Program-made: the position numbers and the translations under genes | The notes under the pieces: generated by a model | Told to the model about the DNA's origin: nothing | Databases searched by the model: none | The model's input: the letters and a program-made list of their open reading frames with translations, nothing else | In this document: piece after piece, positions 1 through 9,923 of the stretch | Numbering within the stretch: position 1 is the first letter of the stretch | How the letters are laid out: every line of letters starts with the position of its first letter | Virus record (IMG/VR): IMGVR_UViG_3300011116_000485 | Span: 1-41,465 of that record | Direction: 5' to 3' (one strand) | DNA from: a virus | Taxonomy: Duplodnaviria; Caudoviricetes | Length of the DNA: 41,465 bases

Positions 1-599
1 CAACATCGGTCGGCATCACCTTGGTCTTCTTGTATTGGCGATAAACCTGTTCCGCCAATTCAAAGTTCTTGTCAACCTTCAGGCCGTTTGAAGTAACCGC
101 CATGGCCCAAACAAAAGCAAACTTTGCGTTTTCGTCAGTTGCGATTTCGGGGTGAATCAAAGCCATGACAGCAAGAGCCTGACGAGTCTTGATGTCGTAC
201 CAGCCAACAGCGTTTGGATTCTGCTTGAGCGCAGTCATCGCATCACGAAGACCCACGCGAACCAAATACTTGATCGTTTCTGGCGACGGTGAAGACAGGT
301 CAATTCCAGCGGCGCGAGCCTTTTCCAAAACTCGACGCTGAAGTTCAACCTTCAAATCTCGACCCTGCCTCCAAACCTTGCTGGAGGCAACCTTGTTTGC
401 CGACTCAAGTACGGCAAGGTCATCAATCTCAACAGGAACCGGAGGCTGGTCAGATGCAGCCACATCGTCCGACTTTGCATCTTCGGCAGCGTCTTCAATG
501 GCTTCTTGATTCAGAATGTTTGGATCAGTCGTTGACCAAGTGCCACGGTTGTTGACGGATTTGATTTGCGTGGGATCAAATACCCCGTAAACAGTTCCG
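1..599. repeat. Terminal redundancy, left copy (matches 40867-41465)
   Basis: Base-by-base comparison: identical except positions 128, 209, 245, 281, 404, 449 and 473; offset 40866. Confidence 0.97.
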
Positions 600-3310
600 G
601 CATATTGCTCAACTGGTTCTTCAATTGAACCAAACATTCCACGCGGCACATCAATAACATTCGTAACAATGATGCCGTCGTGACCTTCCGCTTTGGCTTG
701 CGCTACAAGTTCATTCCACGGCTCTGTTTTTTCCTTTCCAGAAAAATCAATTGTCTTTGGATTTTCCATCCGCAAATACACTTGATATGTGACATCGCTC
801 TGCGTAATAGGCTTGCGCATTCCCTCCTGTTCATTCAGCCATTTTCGCAATCCACTGACTGCTTCAGCAGATGTTTCCCCAATTTTTGTTGGCGCTTTAC
901 TAGATGTGTCCTTTTGTGCGTAATACCCCGCTTCAAAAGCAGATCCTTCTGGAACATAAAACACCGTCAAGCCTTCGCTGACATTGCCATAGGTATGGAA
1001 TGGCTTTGTATAGGTTCCATCTTCTTGAAGCAGTGAAACTCCGCCGCGAGGTTCTGAACTTCTCGATTCGTCTAGTTGAGAAACAACCCGCTCAACATCA
1101 ATGTAATTGCCAGTGCTTGCGTATCTGGACACGGCACGCTGATTGTTGCCAAACCAAACAACTCCGCGCTCTGATCGTTCAAATCTGCCTTGATCAGTTT
1201 TGAATTCCTCAATTCCTGCTGTTTGTGATCCGTGATACACCACCAGCGGCTTGCCTTCGGCATTGACAACCTTGCTGTCGCCAAACCAGTTCTGAAATTC
1301 CGGCGTGTCTGTGCGAAGTTGTCCGGCTTGATCAAATTCTTTAGCATCAGCCTCAACACGCTCCATCTCCGCACGAACATTGAGAGCATTCTTTGCCTCA
1401 AAAGCCTCTGGCGTGATGCCCTCGCGCGCAGCAAAAACCACCACCCACGCTTGATATGCGGTCGCCGCTTGCGAAATTTGTTCCGGAGTAATTTTGGCTC
1501 CAGTTGACGCAACGGCATCTTTCAATTCGGCTTCATATCGATCAAAAACCTTGCCAGCACTTTCAACAAATGCCTTGTTTGTTGCCTGCTTTTCAGCAAG
1601 GATTGATCGCGCTTCAAACTCGCGAGCAGCCTGCATTTCCTTTTCCTCACGCTCAATTTCAAGGGCTTGCGCCAGACTTGGAGCCTTTGGATCAGTACGC
1701 ATGTGCTGCTTCAACGCTTCGCCAATTGGCGTTCCAGCCAACCGTGCGGCATAGCGAGCCGTTGGGAAGTTGATGTCGCCATCAACCTGCTTTTGCTTTT
1801 CGATTTCAGAGCGAACGCCCGGGAACAATTCGTTTTCAGTTTCTGCTGGAAGGTTCGCCTGATTTAGAACCTGTTCCATTTCAGATGCAGCGACATAAGT
1901 CGTAGATGCATCAGTTTGATTTGCATAAGCAGCATGGAATGCTTCAGCAGCACCGGGAGCGCGAACCTTCAACTTGCCTTCCGATGCCTTTGCAAGAGCA
2001 TCGTAGAACTGTGCAGACTTCTTGGCCTTATTGACCATTGTCCTAGTGTTATGGATATGTCCTGCCATACCCGGAACCTGAAGAAGCACGGTTGACTGAA
2101 CAGTCTGAAAGAATGTGTCAGCAAGTTCGCCAGCAAACCGACCCATTTCACCCGGCTTTGAAAAGCGAGATTCAAGACTGCCCGGAGACAGTTTCCGCGA
2201 CAACTCATGTCCAATTACCTGAACGACATCTTGCGCGTCTTCTTCGGAAGCCTCTGCAAGAACACCCTTGCCGCCCTGTACCCCTGCCTCTTTGATTCCA
2301 CGCATCAGACTTGGTCGAAGCAATGCTTCTCCGGTCTGCTCAATACCAGCCTTTGCAGCCCTCTCTGCGATAGCCGTCCGAAGCATTCCGTTGAATGCTT
2401 TGCGAGTCAGTTGCGACGAAAACCCAAGTGCCCCAATTTCAAGCGCAGCGTTGATTGCTCCAACCCCATATGCCACATACGCAGCAGAGTCCGGGTCATA
2501 TCCAGATTTCAAAGAATCGAAATACGACGAAGCCGCTTCCATCTGAAATGCGGTGCGCGTCATTCCCGTGGCCAATCCACCTGCAAATCCAGTAGCAAGT
2601 CCAGCGCCCATGGTGGCTGGAGCAAGGGGGCCACCAATTGCGCCAAGAGTTCCTCCAGCAATACCGCCCACAGCCGCATCGCGAAGAATCGTCGGCGCGT
2701 TGAACATGTATTGCGCAAGAACTTCGGTCGTTCCGCCAATAACGCCACGCGAAAGGGAACTGTACTTTTCAGTTTCCGCTTCCAACTTTTTATACTCGTC
2801 ATACGCGACCTTGTCGCCGGATCGATGGCGCTGCATCAACTCCCAAGCATCAGTCGATGACTTGGCAGTAGCAATTCCGCCGATGATGCTGGCCTTGGCG
2901 CTGGATGGCATCATCCAATCGACAACGGGGTTACCAGTAAAGGAATTTGCTTTCCAAAACTCGTCAGACTTCAGCAAATTGGCAACATCATCGTGCGCAA
3001 TGGATGCAAATTCGGGATCACTCAACTGGCGGGCAAGAATCGGATTCAACGCAGATAAGTTGCGGCTTTGCAGATCGTCCATTTTCTGCTGACGCATCAG
3101 TTCATTCATGTTGCGCTTTGCAATGTCTGCTCCAACGCCCATCTGCATTCCAAGTTGCTGCGCACGCGCGTATGCATCCGGATCTTGGCTAATTGATCCG
3201 GCCATCGATTGCATCAGTTGGTTGTTTTCGCGTTGAACAAAACGGTCATAAGCCGCATCAATGTCTTGCGATGCGGACGGATTGCTTGGATTGTTTTGCG
3301 GAGCGTTCAT
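1..3310 (-). CDS. N-terminal part of giant ejection (internal virion)/polyvalent protein; continues across the circular join into 35009-41465
   Basis: ATG at 3310 overlaps the upstream stop (ATGA) and reads MNAPQNNPSN. Absent from the ORF track because it runs off the edge. In frame with the 41329 ORF ((3310-463)/3=949 codons). Gly/Ala-rich hydrophobic segment AAVGGIAGGTLGAIGGPLAPATMGAGLATGFAGG; ART-PolyVal motifs at about 510-1315. Confidence 0.9.
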   Translation of the reverse strand, partial: MNAPQNNPSNPSASQDIDAAYDRFVQRENNQLMQSMAGSISQDPDAYARAQQLGMQMGVGADIAKRNMNELMRQQKMDDLQSRNLSALNPILARQLSDPEFASIAHDDVANLLKSDEFWKANSFTGNPVVDWMMPSSAKASIIGGIATAKSSTDAWELMQRHRSGDKVAYDEYKKLEAETEKYSSLSRGVIGGTTEVLAQYMFNAPTILRDAAVGGIAGGTLGAIGGPLAPATMGAGLATGFAGGLATGMTRTAFQMEAASSYFDSLKSGYDPDSAAYVAYGVGAINAALEIGALGFSSQLTRKAFNGMLRTAIAERAAKAGIEQTGEALLRPSLMRGIKEAGVQGGKGVLAEASEEDAQDVVQVIGHELSRKLSPGSLESRFSKPGEMGRFAGELADTFFQTVQSTVLLQVPGMAGHIHNTRTMVNKAKKSAQFYDALAKASEGKLKVRAPGAAEAFHAAYANQTDASTTYVAASEMEQVLNQANLPAETENELFPGVRSEIEKQKQVDGDINFPTARYAARLAGTPIGEALKQHMRTDPKAPSLAQALEIEREEKEMQAAREFEARSILAEKQATNKAFVESAGKVFDRYEAELKDAVASTGAKITPEQISQAATAYQAWVVVFAAREGITPEAFEAKNALNVRAEMERVEADAKEFDQAGQLRTDTPEFQNWFGDSKVVNAEGKPLVVYHGSQTAGIEEFKTDQGRFERSERGVVWFGNNQRAVSRYASTGNYIDVERVVSQLDESRSSEPRGGVSLLQEDGTYTKPFHTYGNVSEGLTVFYVPEGSAFEAGYYAQKDTSSKAPTKIGETSAEAVSGLRKWLNEQEGMRKPITQSDVTYQVYLRMENPKTIDFSGKEKTEPWNELVAQAKAEGHDGIIVTNVIDVPRGMFGSIEEPVEQYAGTVYGVFDPTQIKSVNNRGTWSTTDPNILNQEAIEDAAEDAKSDDVAASDQPPVPVEIDDLAVLESANKVASSKVWRQGRDLKVELQRRVLEKARAAGIDLSSPSPETIKYLVRVGLRDAMTALKQNPNAVGWYDIKTRQALAVMALIHPEIATDENAKFAFVWAMAVTSNGLKVDKNFELAEQVYRQYKKTKVMPTDV

Positions 3311-5475
3311 CGGTTGTTATCGCGCGGAGTCCACGAAGATGGCCTTCCCTCAAGAACCCAACTTGTTGCAATGTCTTCCACTGTCGGATAGCGGCCATAC
3401 TTGACCCTCTCCTTCATCAGTTTCTTGGTCATGTCTTCCTGAAACTCCTTTGGAATTTCAGCAAGGCGAACCCTCTGGTTGTCAACATAGACAAATGCTC
3501 GCTCCTGCTCGCTTGAAGTAAGAAGCCAAGCAGGCTTGGGGTTTTGATCTCCAAAATATCCGAGCCATCCACCAGTCTTGGCCTTGTCGAGCATCATGTC
3601 ATCAAGCATCTTCTGCTTCTCATCCCATGTCATGCGACGGCCCATTCCACCAGACCCTTCGGTCGCACGAATTCGCGCATCAATTTTGTTTCGCAATTCA
3701 AGTGCGCGCTCAAACTTGGCCTTGTCGCTCTTCGGCGGATCGACATAATCCGACATGCCGTTCTTGATGAAATACTGATTGATCTGATCGGCAGAGATTC
3801 GGGCTTCTGAACTATCAATGGCGTCAAGACGCTTCCACTGTTCAATGAAGAACTGCGGAGTCATCTTGTCTCGATTTTCCAGAAGATAGTCCTTTGTAAC
3901 CCAACCCTGTTTTAGAATTTCGAACTCGATTTCAACAGAGGTTTCCTTGCGCTGTTCATCAAGAATCTTCTTCTGTTCCGTGGCTGGCAGTTGAGCCATA
4001 AGTTGCGGCGGAACTGGCCTTCCAGATGCCAACTCATTTTCAATCGCGTACTTGACGCGATCAATCGAATCCTTCTTGGCCGCATCTCGTTCTGCAAACT
4101 TGCGACGAATCTCACCCATAACTCCACGCTGAACGTCGGGATCAGCAATACCACGCGCGATTTCCATCGCCTCGTTCATGGTGCGGGGAACAAGAGCCTT
4201 TTCAGGATTGCTGCGAGCGTTGAGCGTGTTGATTGCATCTGGATCAATCAGCCTTCCGTTTCTTTCCAGCGAGTATCGGAAATGACCGTTGCCATCTGAC
4301 CCCTGCTCCGGAATTCCAATGGCTTGACCACGCACCAAGTTGGCCCCGACTTCGGCCCCAACTCCCTTGGAAACTCCGGAAATGGTGGCATGGGTTCCAT
4401 CTTCAAATTCCATGACCATCGTGCGGCCATACCGCTCATCGTCATAAACATCAATGACTTTGCCGTCATTCGGAGCCATGATTGGCGTGTAAGACTTTGT
4501 GGTCATTTCCCACGCACGATCAGCAGCGCGAACAATCTTTCCATCTGCCGGAATCATGTAGTTGCTGCTTCCGGATGGAGTGTCAAGAGTTCCGCGATCA
4601 ACAATGCTGTTTGCAAGTTCTGTAGTCATCTGCGTCTTGCGAGCAGATGTCACCTTTGCAAGCATGTCTTCTGATTGCTTGGGATCAAGATTGCCAGCCT
4701 GCTGTTGCTTCTTGATGTAAGTAAGCGCAGATGCATATTGGCTGTCAGTCATAAGTCGCTGCACCACGCCGCCAGTAACGGCTGTATGCACGCCACGACG
4801 AAGTTCGTCCATTTGCGGTGAATTGTCCGGATACCCAAGGGACGATCCGACCTTTTCCATTTCCTTGATTGCCAATGCAAGGTCGGTGTTGAATGGGCCT
4901 GACGGAATGGTTTTTCCATCCGGAGCAACCTGAACTTGCTCGCGAAACTGATATCCCTGAATCGCCCTTCCAACACTTGCTTCTGCTCTTGCGCGACTGC
5001 TGTCAATCTCAAATTTGGTGATTTCGCGGCTCCGATGCTCCATCATGCGAGCGCGAGTCAGTTCCAAATTTCGCGCTGCGGCAGATTTAAACATTGCGCG
5101 CTGCGTGTCATTCCGCAACCCGTCCATGATTTCATTTGCAGAGCCAGACAAGGAATCATTGACTTGCTGAAATTGAAGTTCGGCATCCTTGCCACGGGAA
5201 TTGAAATAGCCGTTCTGGCCATACAGGATGTCGTTGCTTTGCTTTTGAAGACGAGCATCCGCTTCCTTGGCTTCTGCTTCATTGAGCCGATCTTGCATGT
5301 TCGACCCAATTCGGAACATGACATTCCCAGCATCAACGCTTGCCGCACCCATGCGAACTTCCTGATCCGCTGCAAGATTTTGCATTGGTTGGCCGGGGGT
5401 CGCTTCAAACGGAACAATTTGGTTGGTTCCAGTATCAGCAACCTGCGGTACGAACGATGTAGGTACGGTTGGCAT
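3307..5475 (-). CDS. Internal virion/ejection protein (T7 gp15-like position) with a degenerate M23 peptidase-like domain
   Basis: 722 aa, helical; MPTVPT start; synteny between gp14-like and giant protein; TPIMAPNDGKVIDV...YGRTMVMEF...LVRGQAIG...GHFRYSLERNGRLIDP resembles the LytM/M23 fold. Confidence 0.75.
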   Translation of the reverse strand: MPTVPTSFVPQVADTGTNQIVPFEATPGQPMQNLAADQEVRMGAASVDAGNVMFRIGSNMQDRLNEAEAKEADARLQKQSNDILYGQNGYFNSRGKDAELQFQQVNDSLSGSANEIMDGLRNDTQRAMFKSAAARNLELTRARMMEHRSREITKFEIDSSRARAEASVGRAIQGYQFREQVQVAPDGKTIPSGPFNTDLALAIKEMEKVGSSLGYPDNSPQMDELRRGVHTAVTGGVVQRLMTDSQYASALTYIKKQQQAGNLDPKQSEDMLAKVTSARKTQMTTELANSIVDRGTLDTPSGSSNYMIPADGKIVRAADRAWEMTTKSYTPIMAPNDGKVIDVYDDERYGRTMVMEFEDGTHATISGVSKGVGAEVGANLVRGQAIGIPEQGSDGNGHFRYSLERNGRLIDPDAINTLNARSNPEKALVPRTMNEAMEIARGIADPDVQRGVMGEIRRKFAERDAAKKDSIDRVKYAIENELASGRPVPPQLMAQLPATEQKKILDEQRKETSVEIEFEILKQGWVTKDYLLENRDKMTPQFFIEQWKRLDAIDSSEARISADQINQYFIKNGMSDYVDPPKSDKAKFERALELRNKIDARIRATEGSGGMGRRMTWDEKQKMLDDMMLDKAKTGGWLGYFGDQNPKPAWLLTSSEQERAFVYVDNQRVRLAEIPKEFQEDMTKKLMKERVKYGRYPTVEDIATSWVLEGRPSSWTPRDNNR

Positions 5476-5478
5476 GGA

Positions 5479-6198
5479 TCAGAATCGCTTCTCGCTTTGA
5501 GCGGCCACAAGTTCATTCAGTCTCATCTGGGTAGCCCAAGTTCCACCAATTGAAGATGCACTGCCAAGCAGGGATGTGAATGTTGCAGAGAATGGACTGA
5601 TAGTGTTTGCAGTTGCAAGCAAATTATTGGCACTCGTTCCAGCCATAACCCCCTGCGTGGTGTAGTTGGTTTTTTGCATCCGAAGCGCCTCTGCCTGACG
5701 CACAGTGTTGCTATCCATAGTCAGCACATCCAATTCCTTGATCAGATCCATGCTGGCAACCACATCCCTAGTGCTGCCAACGCCAGCCTGAAGACCTCTG
5801 GCGGCCATTGAGGCTTGCGCAGATGCCTTCTGCTGGCCTGCGGCCATGGTGTATCGGCCAATGGCCAATTTTCCGGCTCGCGTGGTCTGTTGGGCTGCAA
5901 ACTCTGCCTGACGGGCATTGATGGCCGACATTTGCGCAGCAAAACGCTGGTTCTGCGCCTGCATCTTCAACTGATTCTTTTGACTTTCGGCAGCGTAATA
6001 CGAGCCAATGGCTCCGCTTACGGCTCCCAAAGCGGAAACAATCATGCCGCCAGTCATAAGGGTTTCACCAGTTGTCATCCCAGAAGATCCAGATCCAGCA
6101 AGGGAAGACGGTGGCCCCATAAGGCTGTTTTCAAATGTACTGCTGAACGGGTTTACCGTTGAACCAAATGAAGTCGGTGGAAGGGTAAATGAACTCAT
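5479..6198 (-). CDS. Internal virion protein (T7 gp14-like ejection protein)
   Basis: 239 aa, Ala/Gln/Gly-rich, hydrophobic N- and C-terminal helices, QASMAARGL motif, immediately after the nozzle. Confidence 0.7.
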   Translation of the reverse strand: MSSFTLPPTSFGSTVNPFSSTFENSLMGPPSSLAGSGSSGMTTGETLMTGGMIVSALGAVSGAIGSYYAAESQKNQLKMQAQNQRFAAQMSAINARQAEFAAQQTTRAGKLAIGRYTMAAGQQKASAQASMAARGLQAGVGSTRDVVASMDLIKELDVLTMDSNTVRQAEALRMQKTNYTTQGVMAGTSANNLLATANTISPFSATFTSLLGSASSIGGTWATQMRLNELVAAQSEKRF

Positions 6199-6199
6199 A

Positions 6200-8941
6200 T
6201 CAGCCTCCGATTGCAGCCTCTACCGTGATGCCAACAATGGTCAACGGAAGGGGATCGCTTTGACGAACATAAATTTGTCCATTTGCAGCCCACGACGGGG
6301 TAAGAACCACCAAAATCTCATCTGATTTGAGAACAGGAGGACTTCCATAAGGTTCCGTGGTGCGTTGCTTGGCTTCAACCAGATTGTCAGCATCAGGGCC
6401 GACAAAGATTCCGCTTGAGCGGTACACGCGCAACCAAGCCTTGTTGATGTTCTTATATCGGCCTTGTCCAAACCCATCAATGTTTAGGGTCAGTGGCAAG
6501 GTTTGCAAATCGCTGTTGTATGGCAACCCAACAACAATAGATGATGCCGCGCGGTCAAGCGTTACAACGCCGCCAGACACCACCTTCTGCGGATGAACGC
6601 ATCCGTCAGCAAAGATGCTGACAGTCTTGCCATTCAGATGCGAAAGGCCGCTCACAGAATCGCGAGCGAAAGACCACACCGTTGTTGCAGCGTTGCGTGC
6701 GGTTGATGCAATTACAAGATCGGTCTTGACCGTTGCCACGGTGGTCGAGGTGGTCTGCATGATGCGCAAGCGATACTGAACGCTTGAATCGCCCGGATCA
6801 GTAAGAATGATGGCATCGCCAACATCAGTGGTTGCTGGGTATTGGAAAACCGGAGAAGAGCAGGTAAGCGTTAGCAGTTCGCTTGAATCCCAATTTGTTC
6901 CGCCAGAAAGCGTCATAGTGAACGCCGTTGTGTTTGTGCCACTGTAAGACAGTCCACAATCAACAAACCAAGCATCATTCAGCGAGGCAAACTCCTGCGT
7001 TGCCATTTGCTCGACATAGCGAACAGTCGATCCATTGATGGTTCGCTTTACCACCACATATAAACGGTCTTCTTGGCCTTCTGCAACACAGCAAACGCTC
7101 TCATATGTCCCATCAGTTTCATGCTGATGCCATGCGCCAATCTGCTGTTCTGGAACATATGTAAGACCAAGCAACTTGCCAGTGCTTGAAGTAAACCAAA
7201 GCATTGGAAGCGGAGCCTTTGCATACGCCATGTCAACTATCGAATAGTTGTCAAACAGGTGAGCGGATCGCAAGGACAAATCGCCAGTCGTAAATCCGTT
7301 TGCTTGCCACGAATACCCAAGTTCGCGTACATGTCCGCCACGATCTGCGCAATAGATCATGCTGTTGTTCACAACAAGCGGCTGCGCTTGAGACGCTCCG
7401 ATATAAGATTGCGGACGAACAGAAATGCTTGTCGGAGTCAGGGCGTCAGAGTTCACCGAAGTAACACGCCATTCGGCGGATTGCGTGAGCAAAACCAACT
7501 GGCTCAACGGAACAATGTGTCGAATTGTATTGGCTTCGCGGGCTGCAACCTTGATTGCAATTCGATCCGTATCAAGAGTAGGAATGGAATACGAAATGTC
7601 GCTTTCCGTATTGGAACGAGTCATCCACAAAGACTGTGGATTGTTTGTTGTTCCCGCAAAAACTCGTCGCTGCTCGTAATACGAAACAGCGCCCGGATAA
7701 TTGCCTGCCCCACTAAAAACAGGATCCTGAATCGGCAAGGTTCGCCCAGCGTCAGGCGCAATGTTGTCGTCAACAAAAGTGTACGAACTGCTTCCATCAT
7801 CAGTTACGCTTCCAATGTAGGCATATGACCCGGTTGGGGCTGTTCCAGATCCAACCTTTCTGTAAATGTTGTAAGAGACAGCGCCAGTAACGCCATCAAA
7901 TCCAAGCGTCATATGCGCGCCAGTTACATTCAAATCTATCGATTCTGAATCGATATAGGCCGAAGCAAGACTTTCGGTTTGATCTTTTGCAACTGCCGTA
8001 ACCTTATATGACCAGATGTTGTCATGGCCGTTTTGTGTAGCGTAAGTAATTACCGCAGTAGTTACATCAAATGCAGTTGATCCAGAAGTGGACTTAAGTG
8101 TTCCATCGCTTGGATCTCTCAATTGCAAAGTAGATCCGCTTGCACTTGATGCAATCCAAAAACCGTTTATTGCCGTGGTTCCTCCAGTAACTCCAAAAAT
8201 GTATACGGGATCTCCGTTGCCAAAATAATGCGTAGCGGAAGTTGTTATTACCGCTGGATTTGCAATGCTGATTGCTGACAAGTGAACAAGAGAATTTCCC
8301 CAAGCAAAACCAAGAGAAGTAATTGTTGGAGCAGCAAGCGTTGGAGCAAACGGAATGGTGATCAATGTCCAGTTCGTGGCAGAGTTCCTGCGCAGTTCTC
8401 TGGGCGCATAGTTTGGATGCACAAATGTAAGAACATCTCCGGACTGGACATAGTGAATGTCAAACAGGTCGGCTTGTGCATACGGATTTGGGATTTCGTA
8501 AATGCCAGAAGGAAGTGGATACCAGTAACTTGCGTTTGGCGGCGCGTTGCCCGTAGTCGCGGCAATGCAATAGTAGTTTGTGCCACCAGAAGAAACTAGA
8601 TCGCCAATCGCATATGTGGTTGCGCCGCTATACGCCGCTGGAGTACCTGCGCCAAGGGTCGAGCCTTGCGTGTGAAATCGGAAATAGCCTTGGCCAACCT
8701 CAATCACCATGGTTTGCGTGGTGCTGTAAGTAAATGGAATCAGTCTGGCTACACCATTGTTCTTGGTTCCACGAACAAACTTTGTTCCGGGCCTGCGTAT
8801 TACTGGCCCCTGCGGAGTCGCAATCATGTTGCTGATTTTTGCAGCACCAGATTGATATTTCACATCATCAATGCGACCATACATTTCTGGCGACAGTTCG
8901 CCGCCAGCAAACGACCGACTGAATACGCGAGTGTTTGGCAT
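6200..8941 (-). CDS. Tail nozzle / tail tubular protein B
   Basis: Probable start MPNTRVFSRSFAGGELSP (8941); motifs PQGPVIRRPGT, YPGAVSYYEQRRVFAG, QQIGAWHQH, VGLPY, QSDPLPLTI typical of podovirus nozzle proteins. Confidence 0.88.
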   Translation of the reverse strand: MPNTRVFSRSFAGGELSPEMYGRIDDVKYQSGAAKISNMIATPQGPVIRRPGTKFVRGTKNNGVARLIPFTYSTTQTMVIEVGQGYFRFHTQGSTLGAGTPAAYSGATTYAIGDLVSSGGTNYYCIAATTGNAPPNASYWYPLPSGIYEIPNPYAQADLFDIHYVQSGDVLTFVHPNYAPRELRRNSATNWTLITIPFAPTLAAPTITSLGFAWGNSLVHLSAISIANPAVITTSATHYFGNGDPVYIFGVTGGTTAINGFWIASSASGSTLQLRDPSDGTLKSTSGSTAFDVTTAVITYATQNGHDNIWSYKVTAVAKDQTESLASAYIDSESIDLNVTGAHMTLGFDGVTGAVSYNIYRKVGSGTAPTGSYAYIGSVTDDGSSSYTFVDDNIAPDAGRTLPIQDPVFSGAGNYPGAVSYYEQRRVFAGTTNNPQSLWMTRSNTESDISYSIPTLDTDRIAIKVAAREANTIRHIVPLSQLVLLTQSAEWRVTSVNSDALTPTSISVRPQSYIGASQAQPLVVNNSMIYCADRGGHVRELGYSWQANGFTTGDLSLRSAHLFDNYSIVDMAYAKAPLPMLWFTSSTGKLLGLTYVPEQQIGAWHQHETDGTYESVCCVAEGQEDRLYVVVKRTINGSTVRYVEQMATQEFASLNDAWFVDCGLSYSGTNTTAFTMTLSGGTNWDSSELLTLTCSSPVFQYPATTDVGDAIILTDPGDSSVQYRLRIMQTTSTTVATVKTDLVIASTARNAATTVWSFARDSVSGLSHLNGKTVSIFADGCVHPQKVVSGGVVTLDRAASSIVVGLPYNSDLQTLPLTLNIDGFGQGRYKNINKAWLRVYRSSGIFVGPDADNLVEAKQRTTEPYGSPPVLKSDEILVVLTPSWAANGQIYVRQSDPLPLTIVGITVEAAIGG

Positions 8942-8942
8942 T

Positions 8943-9623
8943 TCAGCGTCCGCTAGTCCAAGGAACGATGTGTTCAACCTTGATATTGCGCTGATTGCCG
9001 TCGCTCTTGCGAGCCTCTGCGAGCCATCCGGCCATCATTTGCGAACACCGCTTTGATTCGGCAGCGCCAGCATCGCCCTTCAAAACCGGGCCAGCCAGCA
9101 TTGAAGCGAGATGCCAAGACAGGGTTGTAACAAACAGCGCAGAAAATTCAGTAGAGTCATTTACCAGCGCCTGATATCGCAAAACCGCGTTCTCAAGATT
9201 GGTGTACAGCACATGAATGCCGTTTGAAAGAGTTTCAATAGTGAATGGTTGCGGCACATACCTACCAGCGGAAATGGCTGGCGAATAGTTGTGCGCAAAC
9301 TGCGGAGTGTCCGTGGGGATGAATCGAGTTGCGTAATCATCATACGCCTCGTTTGAAATTACGGAAATTGGATTGACGCAATCCGATGGCAATGCATATG
9401 CATGTTGCCACTGAACCCAATCGTTTGTCACTTCAGCCAAAAGAGCGCGTCGTGTGGAGAAGTTCCAGTTGTGCATTTCAAGCAGGTTGTCTCGCGCAAT
9501 CGGATAAAACCGCGCGCAATGTTCTGCCTGTGCCGATCCCTCCGGAGGATCAATACTTGCAATAGTCGCCGAATCTCCAAGGTGTGCAAGTGCCAGATTG
9601 CAGATGTCTACAACTGATGCCAT
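8943..9623 (-). CDS. Head-tail adaptor / tail tubular protein A
   Basis: MASVVDICNLALAHLG...ARDNLLEMHNWNFS...YALPSDC motif; position before the nozzle; AGGAG RBS. Confidence 0.85.
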   Translation of the reverse strand: MASVVDICNLALAHLGDSATIASIDPPEGSAQAEHCARFYPIARDNLLEMHNWNFSTRRALLAEVTNDWVQWQHAYALPSDCVNPISVISNEAYDDYATRFIPTDTPQFAHNYSPAISAGRYVPQPFTIETLSNGIHVLYTNLENAVLRYQALVNDSTEFSALFVTTLSWHLASMLAGPVLKGDAGAAESKRCSQMMAGWLAEARKSDGNQRNIKVEHIVPWTSGR

Positions 9624-9641
9624 GGCATTCTCCTAAATAAG

Positions 9642-9675
9642 AGAGGGGTGCTGTGGTCGCCCGCAGCACCCCTCT
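9642..9675. terminator. Intrinsic terminator after capsid genes
   Basis: 12-bp stem agaggggtgctg/cagcacccctct flanked by T-rich tails on both strands. Confidence 0.75.
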
Positions 9676-9698
9676 TTTTTATCTCATCTCACACAGAG

Positions 9699-9911
9699 TC
9701 AACCCATGCCATTGCCAGAAGCCGCTGCCGACTTGCGTGGCCGTCCGGGCTTCTTACGCTCCGGTTCAGCCATGTCCTGATCATCGTCATCCATAACCGA
9801 ATCAATCGGAGTCAGGATTTCGATTTCCGGGCCATTGTATTCAAAGACTTCATTCTCCTCGCGGATCGTGTTGTCGATGAAGCACTTGACAGTTGCCTTG
9901 ACCTTGGGCAT
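9699..9911 (-). CDS. Small hypothetical protein with AT-hook-like KKPGRPRK motif
   Basis: 70 aa, AAGGAG RBS, usual position after capsid/cement genes. Confidence 0.7.
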   Translation of the reverse strand: MPKVKATVKCFIDNTIREENEVFEYNGPEIEILTPIDSVMDDDDQDMAEPERKKPGRPRKSAAASGNGMG

Positions 9912-9923
9912 GAATTGCTCCTT

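Noticed and set aside
289-555. Duplicated 88-aa plus-strand ORF (also 41155-41421)
   Set aside because: The haplotype differences are mostly synonymous in the minus frame but change residues in this one; the duplication is only the circular overlap.
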